Below are positions 28,465 to 37,682 of a DNA stretch of 64,000 nucleotides, piece by piece. Under the pieces are notes generated by a model. The model was not told the DNA's origin. It searched no databases and worked only from the letters and a program-made list of their open reading frames with translations. Location of the stretch: positions 1,024,001-1,088,000 of the forward strand of contig OZ251518.1 in NCBI GenBank assembly GCA_965242965.1, in the 5' to 3' direction. The DNA comes from Candidatus Poribacteria bacterium (GTDB lineage: Bacteria > Poribacteria > WGA-4E > WGA-3G). Numbering within the stretch: the first letter of the stretch is position 1; every line of letters starts with the position of its first letter. The position numbers were made by a program, and so were the translations under genes.

Positions 28465-31400
28465 TCAAAAATGCCTGTGTGGCGAAGCCCATTTTTCGAT
28501 ATAGTTCGATGGAATCTCGCGGACAAACATGGAGGAGGCGCGTTGTCTGTCGTCAAAGCGATACTCGGTAGAGGAGAGGTAAAGTTGCTGTTGCGCGCGC
28601 GTCATGCCGACGTAAAACAGTCGCCGCTCCTCCTCAATCTCCGCCTCTGTCATGTTCTCTTTCCACATAGGGAAATTGCCTTCCTCCATGCCGATGATGA
28701 AAACGACAGGGAACTCGGTTCCCTTTGCCGAATGCAGCGTCATGAGCGTGAGTTTTTCACTCTTTTCGTCCCGTTCATCGCTGCCGGTGAGCAATTTCTG
28801 GTAATCCAAGAAACTCGCCAGTTGATGTTCCTCGTTCATTTCCTCAAAGTGGAGGGCGGCGTTCATCATTTGAACGCGCCGCTTTTGCCATGCGGTATCT
28901 TCCGGCGAGATTGGAACACTAGTTTGCTGTAAATCTGCGAGTAGCCTGCCGAGCGTTTCTTCTTGTGCAGTTTCGACAGGCAATATGTCTGTCAGGTGTT
29001 TCGGCGTGTCGTGCGTTTGGACGTAACGCCGTGCGGCGTTCAGTAGCGCGCTAGTCGCGTCTGTCATCGTTGCGTTATCTTGCGCGAGGATGCCGAGCCC
29101 GACAAACGGCAGCAGTTCGGTTAACGATGTAATTTCGCGCCTGCGCGCGTCTATCTGGATGAGTGTCTTGAAGATTTCGCGGTTCACCTCGATGTCGTCA
29201 AGCGCGGTGTGCAAGCGATCGTATGGAATGCCGAACCTATCGGCGAGTGCCTTAATGTTACACCGCTCGCGCGGGAAAAGCCTTCTCGCCGTGACGAGCG
29301 TGTCGTAATACGGGTTGCGGAATTCCATTTTCAGATGTGTGCGCAGATCGCGTTCAAGGATGGAGTTATCAAATTTCGTGACGTTGTGCCCGATGAGGAT
29401 GCGGTCCCGGATAAATTCACAAAATTCGGGGAGCACCGTCTCAATACTCGGTGAGTCTTTGACGGTAGCCTCGTCAATTCCGTGGATGTTGGTGCTTGCA
29501 GGGGGGATATACCCGCCCGGTGGTTTCACCAAGCGATAGAATCTGTCTACCTCATCTCCGATAGCACTGAGTCGGTGCGCGCCAATCTCAACGATTTGGG
29601 CAATTTTCGGGTTAACCCCGGTCGTCTCCAAATCATAGACAACCATGTCCGCCATGTTGGGGTTCTCAAATCGGCCGATCAGGCGTTGGCATAACGCCAG
29701 CGCGGTGATGCTGAGTGCCTCAGTGGATTGCAGTTGAATCACGCTGTCGTCTTTCGCCTCGGCATTGCCGATGTGAATTGTCCGCGCCGGGGTGGGTGCG
29801 TCTACCGCAAAATCGCCGATGAGTAGGTGGACACCGGGGCCATCTGCGTGAGATTGTCGAGACCGGGAGGTCTCTCCTACGGTTGTTGCCTCAAGAGACC
29901 GTAGCGCGGGGGCCTGTCCCCCGCGCTCGCCGAAGGACTCTCCTACCGGGAGATGTCGCACGTGAATATCCTGTTCCAGGTATGTCTCTAACGTCTCCCG
30001 GAGGATGTGCGTGGCGCAATAGGCATCGAGGTTTCCGTGAGCGGCGGTGATGTGAATGCGTTCGTTTCCATCAATCGCGCTGTAGAGGACATCGCGGGCG
30101 GTGTCGAGGTTTTTGGCATCGACTTGGTCTTTCTCAATCTCGGCGATTTCTTCTTCGCGGTAAGGGCATCGCGAACGTTCCAAGATTTCAAACAGTTTCA
30201 GCACGATTTTGGTAGGACGTTCGCCATCTATTTCAGCGATTAATTCGTCAAGTTGTGCCCAAAACTGTTTGACGTTTCGGCGAGTGCGCGGTCCGACATC
30301 TTTTGGGTATGCGTCAATATTTTTCAGGAGTTGCATCAGCGTGATGCCTTCGCGTTCTGCGAGCCATTTGAGGCGGACCCACGTCAAATCGTCAACCCGT
30401 TTTTCGGGGAAACTGATGGCGAGTTCTAAGTCGCGCGGGATTTGCCATTGCGCGAAACTGAGGTAAGCGACGATGGCTTTGGTGTTCTCCTCCTGAAACG
30501 CATTGGTTGGTTGGATGCGCTGGTAGTCAATGTTTTCTTTCGTCAACTGCTCTTCTAAAACGTTGGCGAGTTTGTGCTGGCGATAGAAAATGGCAATCTG
30601 CCGGTAGGAGTAGTTCCGCTGCGTAATCAACTGCCGGATGATCTGGATGATGCGTTGCGCTTCCTCTGCCTGCGTTGTGAAGGTATAGTGGAAGATGTCT
30701 CGCCCTACGCCTTCGTGGGTTTTCAGCGTATGCCGATTCTGGCGTCCGGTATTTTTAGAGATGACTTCTTCAGCGGCGCGCAAAATTTTCTCGCTGCATC
30801 GGTAGTGTTCGTCTAAATGAATGACGTTGGGGGCGAAATCGGCAGTGAACTCGGCGATGTATTGCGGGTTGGAACCGCGCCAACTGTAGATAGCCTGGTC
30901 TTCGTCAGCGACAACCGTCAGGTTTCGGGCTGGAGGCGCGCACAGCAGTTGCAACAGGCGATACTGCACGCCGTTTACATCGTGGTATTCGTCGACGAGG
31001 ATATGGCGGATGTCGCGGTGATAAGTTTTCTGCACGTCGGGTGCCTGCTCAAACAAGGCGATGGTTTTCCCGAGTAGATCATCGAAGTCCAAGGCGTTGT
31101 GCGCGTCGAGTTTTCGCTGATACACTTCTGCCACATCGGCGATGTCCGCAATCTGTGTTGCGTCTTCAATGGGCGTGCCGTCGTCTCGGCGAAATTCGGC
31201 ATCGCCGAGTCTCCCCTTGGCGTTGCTGATGATATTGCGTAGCATCCAAGGCGGGTATTCGTAAGGGTCGAGTTGCAGTTCGCGGACAGCTTCGGCGAAA
31301 AGTTCGTCTTGAATCCCCTGGTCAAAAATAGTGAAGTTGTCGCTCATTCCGATGGCGGTGGCGTGCTTCCGCAGCGCGCGGACGCAGAAGGCGTGGAAGG

Positions 31401-31659
31401 TGCAGACCTTGATGTTAGCACCGTGCGGCGCGCCAATTTCGTTGTTGACCCGGGTCTGCATCTCCTGTGCTGCCTTGTTCGTAAAGGTGATTGCGAGGAT
31501 CTGCTCCGGTTTCACCCGGTGTTGTCGGATGAGATAGGCGATGCGGTGCGTGATGACTTTTGTCTTCCCTGTTCCTGGCCCAGCGATGACCAGGAGAGGG
31601 CCGCTTTGATGCGTGACTGCCTGTTTCTGTTTTTCGTTGAGGTCGTGAAGGATGTTCAT
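28465..31659 (-). CDS. UvrD/PcrA-like SF1 helicase with an inserted DEDDh (DnaQ-like) 3'-5' exonuclease and an in-frame REP insertion
   Basis: Helicase motifs AGPGTGKT, TFTNKAA, DEYHD, DEDQAIYSWRG, HYR, TLHSAKGTEF and EERRLFYVGMTRA. Exonuclease motifs YDLETTG, GHNVTKFD and HTALDD. Confidence 0.92.
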   Translation of the reverse strand: MNILHDLNEKQKQAVTHQSGPLLVIAGPGTGKTKVITHRIAYLIRQHRVKPEQILAITFTNKAAQEMQTRVNNEIGAPHGANIKVCTFHAFCVRALRKHATAIGMSDNFTIFDQGIQDELFAEAVRELQLDPYEYPPWMLRNIISNAKGRLGDAEFRRDDGTPIEDATQIADIADVAEVYQRKLDAHNALDFDDLLGKTIALFEQAPDVQKTYHRDIRHILVDEYHDVNGVQYRLLQLLCAPPARNLTVVADEDQAIYSWRGSNPQYIAEFTADFAPNVIHLDEHYRCSEKILRAAEEVISKNTGRQNRHTLKTHEGVGRDIFHYTFTTQAEEAQRIIQIIRQLITQRNYSYRQIAIFYRQHKLANVLEEQLTKENIDYQRIQPTNAFQEENTKAIVAYLSFAQWQIPRDLELAISFPEKRVDDLTWVRLKWLAEREGITLMQLLKNIDAYPKDVGPRTRRNVKQFWAQLDELIAEIDGERPTKIVLKLFEILERSRCPYREEEIAEIEKDQVDAKNLDTARDVLYSAIDGNERIHITAAHGNLDAYCATHILRETLETYLEQDIHVRHLPVGESFGERGGQAPALRSLEATTVGETSRSRQSHADGPGVHLLIGDFAVDAPTPARTIHIGNAEAKDDSVIQLQSTEALSITALALCQRLIGRFENPNMADMVVYDLETTGVNPKIAQIVEIGAHRLSAIGDEVDRFYRLVKPPGGYIPPASTNIHGIDEATVKDSPSIETVLPEFCEFIRDRILIGHNVTKFDNSILERDLRTHLKMEFRNPYYDTLVTARRLFPRERCNIKALADRFGIPYDRLHTALDDIEVNREIFKTLIQIDARRREITSLTELLPFVGLGILAQDNATMTDATSALLNAARRYVQTHDTPKHLTDILPVETAQEETLGRLLADLQQTSVPISPEDTAWQKRRVQMMNAALHFEEMNEEHQLASFLDYQKLLTGSDERDEKSEKLTLMTLHSAKGTEFPVVFIIGMEEGNFPMWKENMTEAEIEEERRLFYVGMTRAQQQLYLSSTEYRFDDRQRASSMFVREIPSNYIEKWASPHRHF

Positions 31660-31704
31660 TTTTCGTTTCTCTCGATGCGTTATGCAAGCGTTTCTTGTCC
31701 GCAA

Positions 31705-31754
31705 TTAAAATCGTTTGGTAATTAGTATACCTTATGCAATGGGAAAAATGCAAA
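31705..31754 (-). promoter_or_regulatory. Promoter-containing 50-bp direct repeat, copy 1 (upstream of the helicase)
   Basis: Minus strand TTGCAT-18 bp-TATACT; 47/50 identical to 34437-34486. Confidence 0.75.
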
Positions 31755-31898
31755 CTTTTTTTCGTGAATAGAATCATTCAGTAAGATGTCGAGACCAGGA
31801 GGTCTCTCCTACCGATGGGCATCGAGATAAGGGGCTTGCCAACCGGGGATACGCGAACCGTCCGATGCGCCGCGTTCACGTAATTTGGCTTTCCGGTG

Positions 31899-32228
31899 TT
31901 AAAAACAACCCTTAATCAGCGCGGCAAGGGCTAGCACTGCTGATACACAGGCTGTTCCTAGGGCGAGATTCACCCTATTTTCTCTTTTTGATTCGTCGCG
32001 TCCTTCAAGTTTGCCACGAATCCAGCTCACCTCGCTCGTCAGCGTCTCGATGCGTTGGTTCGTTTCACGCGTCAGCGTCTCGATGCATTGGTTTGTTTCA
32101 CGTGTCAACGTCTCGATGCGTTGATTCGTTTCGCGCGTCAGCGTCTCAAACCGCTGGTTTGTATCCTCGCGAAGGTTTTCAACGCTTTCTGCCAATTTTT
32201 CAATAGCTTTCAAAATCTGTTTGTTCAT
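31899..32228 (-). CDS. Small coiled-coil protein with 11-aa (33-bp) tandem repeats and a C-terminal TM helix
   Basis: About four ETNQRIETLTR-type repeats, then VSWIRGKLEG and a hydrophobic tail. Confidence 0.78.
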   Translation of the reverse strand: MNKQILKAIEKLAESVENLREDTNQRFETLTRETNQRIETLTRETNQCIETLTRETNQRIETLTSEVSWIRGKLEGRDESKRENRVNLALGTACVSAVLALAALIKGCF

Positions 32229-32276
32229 AGTAGTAGTTCCTCTAGTGATGGCAGATATGGATATCCATATCTGGGA

Positions 32277-32771
32277 TTAGGTCGGCGCGAGTTTCAGCAC
32301 GCTCGCTAGATTTTTGGTGCGCCTACCACATTTCCTTTTCCAAATAGGAAATGTCTGGCGGCGGAAACGGACTTCGTTTCGTTTCAATTTTGGGAGTTGT
32401 GCGTCATGAATTCGCTTGCCGTGGAATACCACAGGGATGCAAGTCGTTTCAATATCCTCGGGCACTAATTCCTCGGCGAATTTGGCACCACTTTGCAATT
32501 GTTGGAATACTTCTGTGGCGTTGACATTGCCGCTCTTCAGTTCAATTAAGACGACAACGAGTTTTTCGTCAACGTATAAGAGCATCCGGTCGCATCGTTT
32601 GCCTTGCCTCTGGTTGACTTGGAACACCCGTTCAACGTCTACCACAATCCGCTCGCGGGGGACATCAGTCATATCCACATGACATCCATCGCCGCTACAG
32701 GAGTTCGTAAGGTTCTCTTCGCCTACCTGTTTGCGGATTTCGTCAAGAACTTCACTCAATTTCACCAGCAT
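32277..32771 (-). CDS. Hypothetical protein with a PD-(D/E)xK-like nuclease motif
   Basis: KRCDRMLL..LIELKSG..QLQSG. AGGAGG RBS; start overlaps the ATPase end. Confidence 0.65.
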   Translation of the reverse strand: MLVKLSEVLDEIRKQVGEENLTNSCSGDGCHVDMTDVPRERIVVDVERVFQVNQRQGKRCDRMLLYVDEKLVVVLIELKSGNVNATEVFQQLQSGAKFAEELVPEDIETTCIPVVFHGKRIHDAQLPKLKRNEVRFRRQTFPIWKRKCGRRTKNLASVLKLAPT

Positions 32772-34194
32772 CCTCCTTTTCTCGCAGTTGCTGCTGAAGG
32801 CGAATCCCGTTATCATAGAGTGTATCTGCGACTTCTTCGTAATCAGGTGGCTCTATACCCTCGATGCGATCAAACGAGATTTCCTCCACCGGCTTATTTC
32901 GGTGGAACCACCATGTGCCGACTTCTTCCTTTGCCAGCCAATCGGTTGATGCTGGTGCGTTGTTTTTCTGTTTATTGACTTCTCCTTCGCGAATCAGGTT
33001 TCCGAGTTGCTGGAGGAGCCAGTCGCTATGCGTCGTGATAACCAACCGCACGCCTGCTCGGACCAGCCGTGCGAGGGTGCGCGCTATCGCAGTCTGGGCA
33101 CCTGGGTGCAGGTGCGATTCCGGTTCTTCAATGATGAGTAAATTTCCCGGCCTAACGATACCGCGCAAGAACAGCACTAAAGGCGCGAGTTCGGATACCA
33201 TGGACGATGATTGACTCAGACGGAGTTTCTCCGTTGTCTTCTTTGGATGATAGAGGAATTCCGGATACCCCTCTGGCACGGGCCGTCTTACCTCTATCTC
33301 CCCGTGCAGCACCTCGTTTTCCAATGCTTTGGCGATGCTCCTCATTTCGTCTGAAGAGCCGTGGTGCTCAGCATAGCGCACGATGAGTTTGAGAAAATCT
33401 GCTATCATCCCCGAAAACGCGGGCATCGCAGGAAAGCGTTCCAAACCAATGCGAGTGGCATTTTCTATCAGGGAGCTAGCGATGACTCCGTGGCTTTGCA
33501 TGATGCCGCTCCGCGCAGCAGGTAAGTAATACGCTGCTGTCGGCTGCCGCGCAGGCACCCAAAAAGAATCCGTAGGGTTAACGTCAAACATTTCCCGAAA
33601 CACCGCTGTAATGTCCGGAGAAACGGAGGTTTCTGGGTTGACATGTCCGCTTGCAGTAACTCCGATTCCGACATCCTGCAAATCGAAATTCCAGAGTGTT
33701 TGACAACCTTCGCGAACCTCCAATGAAACTTTCAGTTCGTTTTGTCCGCCATTGGAGAATCGGACTAATTTTGAAACAGAACCCAGATCGAAACACCGCT
33801 TGAGCCGGTTTTCAAAGACCTCAGAATCTCTCAGCCGATGCTGCAGCCTATGTTGCAACTCGTGAGGTAAATCCGAAAACGTGAACGGCCGCTCGGGTGT
33901 ATTCAATTTTTTGAGTGCCACCAGAATTTCTTCCTTTAAGGCAGCCTGATATTGGCCGATGGATTCAGAAAAGAAAAAATCGCGGGCAGACCAGGGAAAA
34001 CGTGAGAACCCCTCAAAATTCTGGTGCAGTGCATAAATAAGCGCGGAAAGATACGTCTTGCCGGTGTTACTCTCACCGACAAACACGGTGAGCGGACGTA
34101 GATCGATGTCCGCCTTTACTACCGGTCCAAAATTCTCGACAGAAATTTGGACATCTAGGGGCTTATCCGCGGGTTTGGTGTTTTTTGTCATCAT
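32752..34194 (-). CDS. ABC-type ATPase (AAA_15/AAA_21 family)
   Basis: NFGPV, VFVGESNTGKT, YLPAARSG, SSSMVSE, IIEEPESHLHP and ITTHS. Confidence 0.88.
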   Translation of the reverse strand: MMTKNTKPADKPLDVQISVENFGPVVKADIDLRPLTVFVGESNTGKTYLSALIYALHQNFEGFSRFPWSARDFFFSESIGQYQAALKEEILVALKKLNTPERPFTFSDLPHELQHRLQHRLRDSEVFENRLKRCFDLGSVSKLVRFSNGGQNELKVSLEVREGCQTLWNFDLQDVGIGVTASGHVNPETSVSPDITAVFREMFDVNPTDSFWVPARQPTAAYYLPAARSGIMQSHGVIASSLIENATRIGLERFPAMPAFSGMIADFLKLIVRYAEHHGSSDEMRSIAKALENEVLHGEIEVRRPVPEGYPEFLYHPKKTTEKLRLSQSSSMVSELAPLVLFLRGIVRPGNLLIIEEPESHLHPGAQTAIARTLARLVRAGVRLVITTHSDWLLQQLGNLIREGEVNKQKNNAPASTDWLAKEEVGTWWFHRNKPVEEISFDRIEGIEPPDYEEVADTLYDNGIRLQQQLREKEDAGEIE

Positions 34195-34436
34195 TCTCTC
34201 TATTCCTCTAAAGTGTTGTTTGCAATAAATTTTACCACATATTTGCAATCAATTTCAAGAAAAAAATAATTCCGTTTTTAGGGTCGCGTCCGGGAGGTTT
34301 TTCCTACCGTGGTGCATCGAGACCAGGAGGTCTCTCCTACCGGGGGAGCATCGAGACCGGGAGGTCTCTCCTACCGGGGATAACCGAATCGCTTGAGTGC
34401 TGAAGAAATAACTGTTGCTTTTCGGGGCGGCATGTG

Positions 34437-34486
34437 TTAAAATTGTTTGGTAATTAGTATACCCTATGCAATGGGGAAAATGCAAA
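34437..34486 (-). promoter_or_regulatory. Promoter-containing 50-bp direct repeat, copy 2
   Basis: Near-identical to 31705-31754. Lies between the ATPase gene and the divergent BMP lipoprotein gene. Confidence 0.75.
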
Positions 34487-34513
34487 ATCTTTTCCACTTT
34501 ACAAGGAGAAATT

Positions 34514-35518
34514 ATGAAGAATCTGAATGTGTTGACAAACGTTATCGTTTTAACCGCCATCTTCATCGGGATGTGTGGTTGCCAACGGGCCCAGGAGGTT
34601 ATCCTAACTGAACCGATGAGCGCGCCGATGCAGATAAGTGTCGTCTACCCCGGCGATTGCCTCGGGGATTCCTCTTTCTGCGATGTGCTTTACCACGGCG
34701 TGCAGAAATCGAAGACTGAACTCGGCATTGAAATTGCCGAGATAGAGAGCAACGCCGAGACATGGGAGACAGACTTGCGCGAGGCGGCGCAGCAGTCCCA
34801 ACTCGTGCTGACATCCGGTTTCCAGATGAGCGAACCTCTTGCAAGCGTGGCACCGGCGTTTCCCGATGTCAAGTTTGTCATTTTTGTGGGCGCGGTTGAC
34901 TTGCCCAACGTCGCCTCTTACACGCACAAGGCGAACGAAGGTGCGTTCCTCGTTGGCGCGATTGCCGGGTTAACATCGAAAACAGGCAAAGTCGGCTACC
35001 TCGGCGGTGCTGACGTGCCAGGGTTACATCAGTATGAGGCGGGCTACGTTGCCGGGGTGAAGGCAGTCAATCCGGAAGCAGAGGTGCTTATCGGTTATGT
35101 CGCGGACAACGCGCAGGGGTTCTACCAACCCGATGCGGCGAAAACCATCGCCTTGAGCCAGTATGAAGGCGGCGTTGATGTCATTTACTCGATGGCAGAT
35201 TCCGCGGGGTTCGGCGCGGTTGAAGCGGCGAAAACCGGCGAGGACAGATATGTCATTTGGACATTCATGGATGTTAACGATACCGCGCCGGAGGTTATTC
35301 TGACAAGTCTGCTTGTCGGAATTGATACCGATGCATATCGTGTTATCAGCGATTTCGCAGCGGGTAACTTCGCACCGGGTATTCATTCACCTGGGCTCGC
35401 GGAAGGCACTGTCAACTACGCGCCCGATGAGCAGATTTCTGCGGAGATAGTGGAGCAGGTTGAGGCATTGAAGGCGCAGATACTCTCGGGTGAAGTTGTT
35501 GTGCCGATGGAGAGATAG
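34514..35518 (+). CDS. BMP (basic membrane protein) family ABC substrate-binding lipoprotein
   Basis: AAGGAG RBS, lipobox-like MCGC, GDSSF, NEGAFLVGAIAG, KVGYLGG and GVDVIY. Confidence 0.9.
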   Translation: MKNLNVLTNVIVLTAIFIGMCGCQRAQEVILTEPMSAPMQISVVYPGDCLGDSSFCDVLYHGVQKSKTELGIEIAEIESNAETWETDLREAAQQSQLVLTSGFQMSEPLASVAPAFPDVKFVIFVGAVDLPNVASYTHKANEGAFLVGAIAGLTSKTGKVGYLGGADVPGLHQYEAGYVAGVKAVNPEAEVLIGYVADNAQGFYQPDAAKTIALSQYEGGVDVIYSMADSAGFGAVEAAKTGEDRYVIWTFMDVNDTAPEVILTSLLVGIDTDAYRVISDFAAGNFAPGIHSPGLAEGTVNYAPDEQISAEIVEQVEALKAQILSGEVVVPMER

Positions 35519-35535
35519 GAGTTACGGGGCCTGGT

Positions 35536-35880
35536 TCGCGAGGGACAGGCCCTCGCGCTACGTTTCAGGGGAGGTTTTTGTTTCAGAGAGATCGCGAGGG
35601 ACAGGCCCTCGCGCTACGTGTCAAGGTGGCCTCGCGGTAGGAGAGACCTCCCGGTCTCGATGTGGTATCATTGAGGGTTCGCGAGGGACAGGCCCTCGCG
35701 CTACGTTTTAGGGGAGGTTTCTGTTTTGGAATGGGTTCGCGAGGGACAGGCCCTCGCGCTACGTTTTGAGGGAGGTTTCTGTTTCAGCGAGAGATCGCGA
35801 GGGACAGGCCCTCGCGCTACGTTTCAGGGGAGGTTTTTGTTTTAAAGAGGGTTCGCGAGGGACAGGCCCTCGCGCTACGT
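35536..35880. repeat. Tandem array of six TCGCGAGGGACAGGCCCTCGCGCTACGT REP units (about 58-bp period)
   Basis: Six identical 28-bp units with mutually similar spacers and one B-type unit inserted. Confidence 0.9.
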
Positions 35881-35896
35881 TTTGAGGAGACCTCTA

Positions 35897-36697
35897 TCAC
35901 GGACGGTGATCGGTGTTAACTGGCGGTTCATCGTTTTGGAGGAACCGCTCAATAGTGTTATGCGTTGCTGGACGCGTGCGGAAATCGGCGATCCAAGGTT
36001 CACGGAAGTATGCCTGTTTCTCGCGCGGTAATGCTAAAAGCACTTCCGGTGGAATGCGCAGCCGATGCCAATGCGTTGCTAGATGCGCATAGGCATTCAA
36101 CACAGCGACGCGCGGCGTATCGCGCTGCCACACCGGTCCCGCATGACAAAGATTCTCGGTAAAGAAAATGGCACTCCCCGCCGGGCATTCGTAAGTCGTT
36201 AGAAACGGGCTGCGTTTGCCTTCCTCTAATGACATGTGCTCAGGATGCATCGGGAAGTTTGCCTTATGACTGCCGACGATGAAATGCGTTGCGCCGTCGG
36301 CTTTGGTAACATCGGTTAGTTCAAAAACGACGCGCACCATCCCCGCGTGAATGCGGCCGTTTTTGACGCGATACCCGAAAATCGGGTCTGCTTGGCCCGG
36401 ACCGCCGCCGTGAAGTCCGCCGTGTTCTTGTCCCTTTTTTCGCCAGACTGAGAAGGAGTTCTCAAGTCGGATATCGGGGCCAATAATTTCGTGCAAGACA
36501 TCGATGACCTTGGGGTGATCGATGAGGACGCTGGCGGGCCCGCCCGGCACCGCACGATGCGCTGGCGGTAGCGATTCAGGGTTGTGGTGGATTCTGTCAA
36601 TCTGTTCAACGATAGCGTCAACCTCGTCGCGGCTTAAAATCGCGGGGCGAACGAGGAAACCTGTCAGGTCGAAGCGAAATTTTTCTTCGTCAGTCAT
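35897..36697 (-). CDS. PhyH-fold Fe(II)/2OG enzyme with an HxG motif
   Basis: FDLTGFL, LHGG in place of HxD, ELTDV..GATHFIVGSHK, FFTENLCH and a distal R. Confidence 0.85.
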   Translation of the reverse strand: MTDEEKFRFDLTGFLVRPAILSRDEVDAIVEQIDRIHHNPESLPPAHRAVPGGPASVLIDHPKVIDVLHEIIGPDIRLENSFSVWRKKGQEHGGLHGGGPGQADPIFGYRVKNGRIHAGMVRVVFELTDVTKADGATHFIVGSHKANFPMHPEHMSLEEGKRSPFLTTYECPAGSAIFFTENLCHAGPVWQRDTPRVAVLNAYAHLATHWHRLRIPPEVLLALPREKQAYFREPWIADFRTRPATHNTIERFLQNDEPPVNTDHRP

Positions 36698-36763
36698 GGG
36701 TTTGAATCTCCTTATTTTGGTAAGCGCGGTTTGCCACCGCGCTTACGGGGTGCGTGCTACGCA

Positions 36764-37591
36764 TCAGAACCGAATCGCCTTAAACGCTTCGATCTGCGCG
36801 GTTATTGCGCGTTCTGTGGGGAGGCGTTCCGCACTAGAAGCACCGTAGAAACCGACAACGCCCTCGGTATTCTCCAAAACGTAACTTGCGTCTTCGGGTT
36901 CAGCGATGGGGCCGCCGTGGCAGATGACGAGGATTTCGGGGTTAACACCCTTCGCCGCGTCGTGGATTGTCTGCACGCGTTTGGCGGCATCCGCCAGGGT
37001 GAGTGATGTCTTCGCGCCGATGGAGCCCTTCGTTGTCAACCCCATGTGCGCGACGAGGATATCCGCGCCTGCGTCCGCCATTTGTTCCGCTTCTGTTGCG
37101 TTGAAGGCGTAGGGTGTAGTGAGCAGATTCATCTCGTGTGCCGTGCGAATCATCTCCACTTCCGGTCCGTAACCCATGTCGGTTTCCTCCAGCAACTGGC
37201 GGAATGTGCCGTCAATCAGCCCGACGGTAGGGAAATTCTGAACGCCGGAGAACCCGATGGCATCTATTTGCGAGAGGAAGATATCCATCAGCCGAAACGG
37301 GTCTGTGCCACAGACACCGGCGAGGACAGGCGTGTTTTGGACGACAGGGAGCACTTCACTCGCCATCTCCACGACAATCTGGTTTGCGTCGCCGTAGGGC
37401 ATCATCCCGGCGAGAGAGCCTCTGCCTGCCATGCGGAATCTGCCGGAGTTGTAGATAATAATCAGGTCGATGCCGCCGGCAGCTTCGCATTTAGCGGAGA
37501 TGCCGGTGCCGGCACCTGCGCCGATGATCGGTTTGCCAGCGTCAATGTTGGCGCGCAACTGGGCTAAAATTTCTTCACGTGCAAATTTCAT
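36764..37591 (-). CDS. Phosphoenolpyruvate hydrolase-like TIM-barrel family protein
   Basis: [49 protein letters not shown] and GFYGASS. Confidence 0.9.
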   Translation of the reverse strand: MKFAREEILAQLRANIDAGKPIIGAGAGTGISAKCEAAGGIDLIIIYNSGRFRMAGRGSLAGMMPYGDANQIVVEMASEVLPVVQNTPVLAGVCGTDPFRLMDIFLSQIDAIGFSGVQNFPTVGLIDGTFRQLLEETDMGYGPEVEMIRTAHEMNLLTTPYAFNATEAEQMADAGADILVAHMGLTTKGSIGAKTSLTLADAAKRVQTIHDAAKGVNPEILVICHGGPIAEPEDASYVLENTEGVVGFYGASSAERLPTERAITAQIEAFKAIRF

Positions 37592-37682
37592 GTTTGCGTA
37601 TCCTTCTGCATGAGAGGGTTGATTTTTCAAGCATTATACCAAAATTGGGGATTTTACGCAATATGATTTTCGGAGAACGTTG

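Noticed and set aside
35536-35880. CRISPR array
   Set aside because: The repeat is a GTAG-REP variant, the spacers resemble each other, and there are no cas genes or leader.
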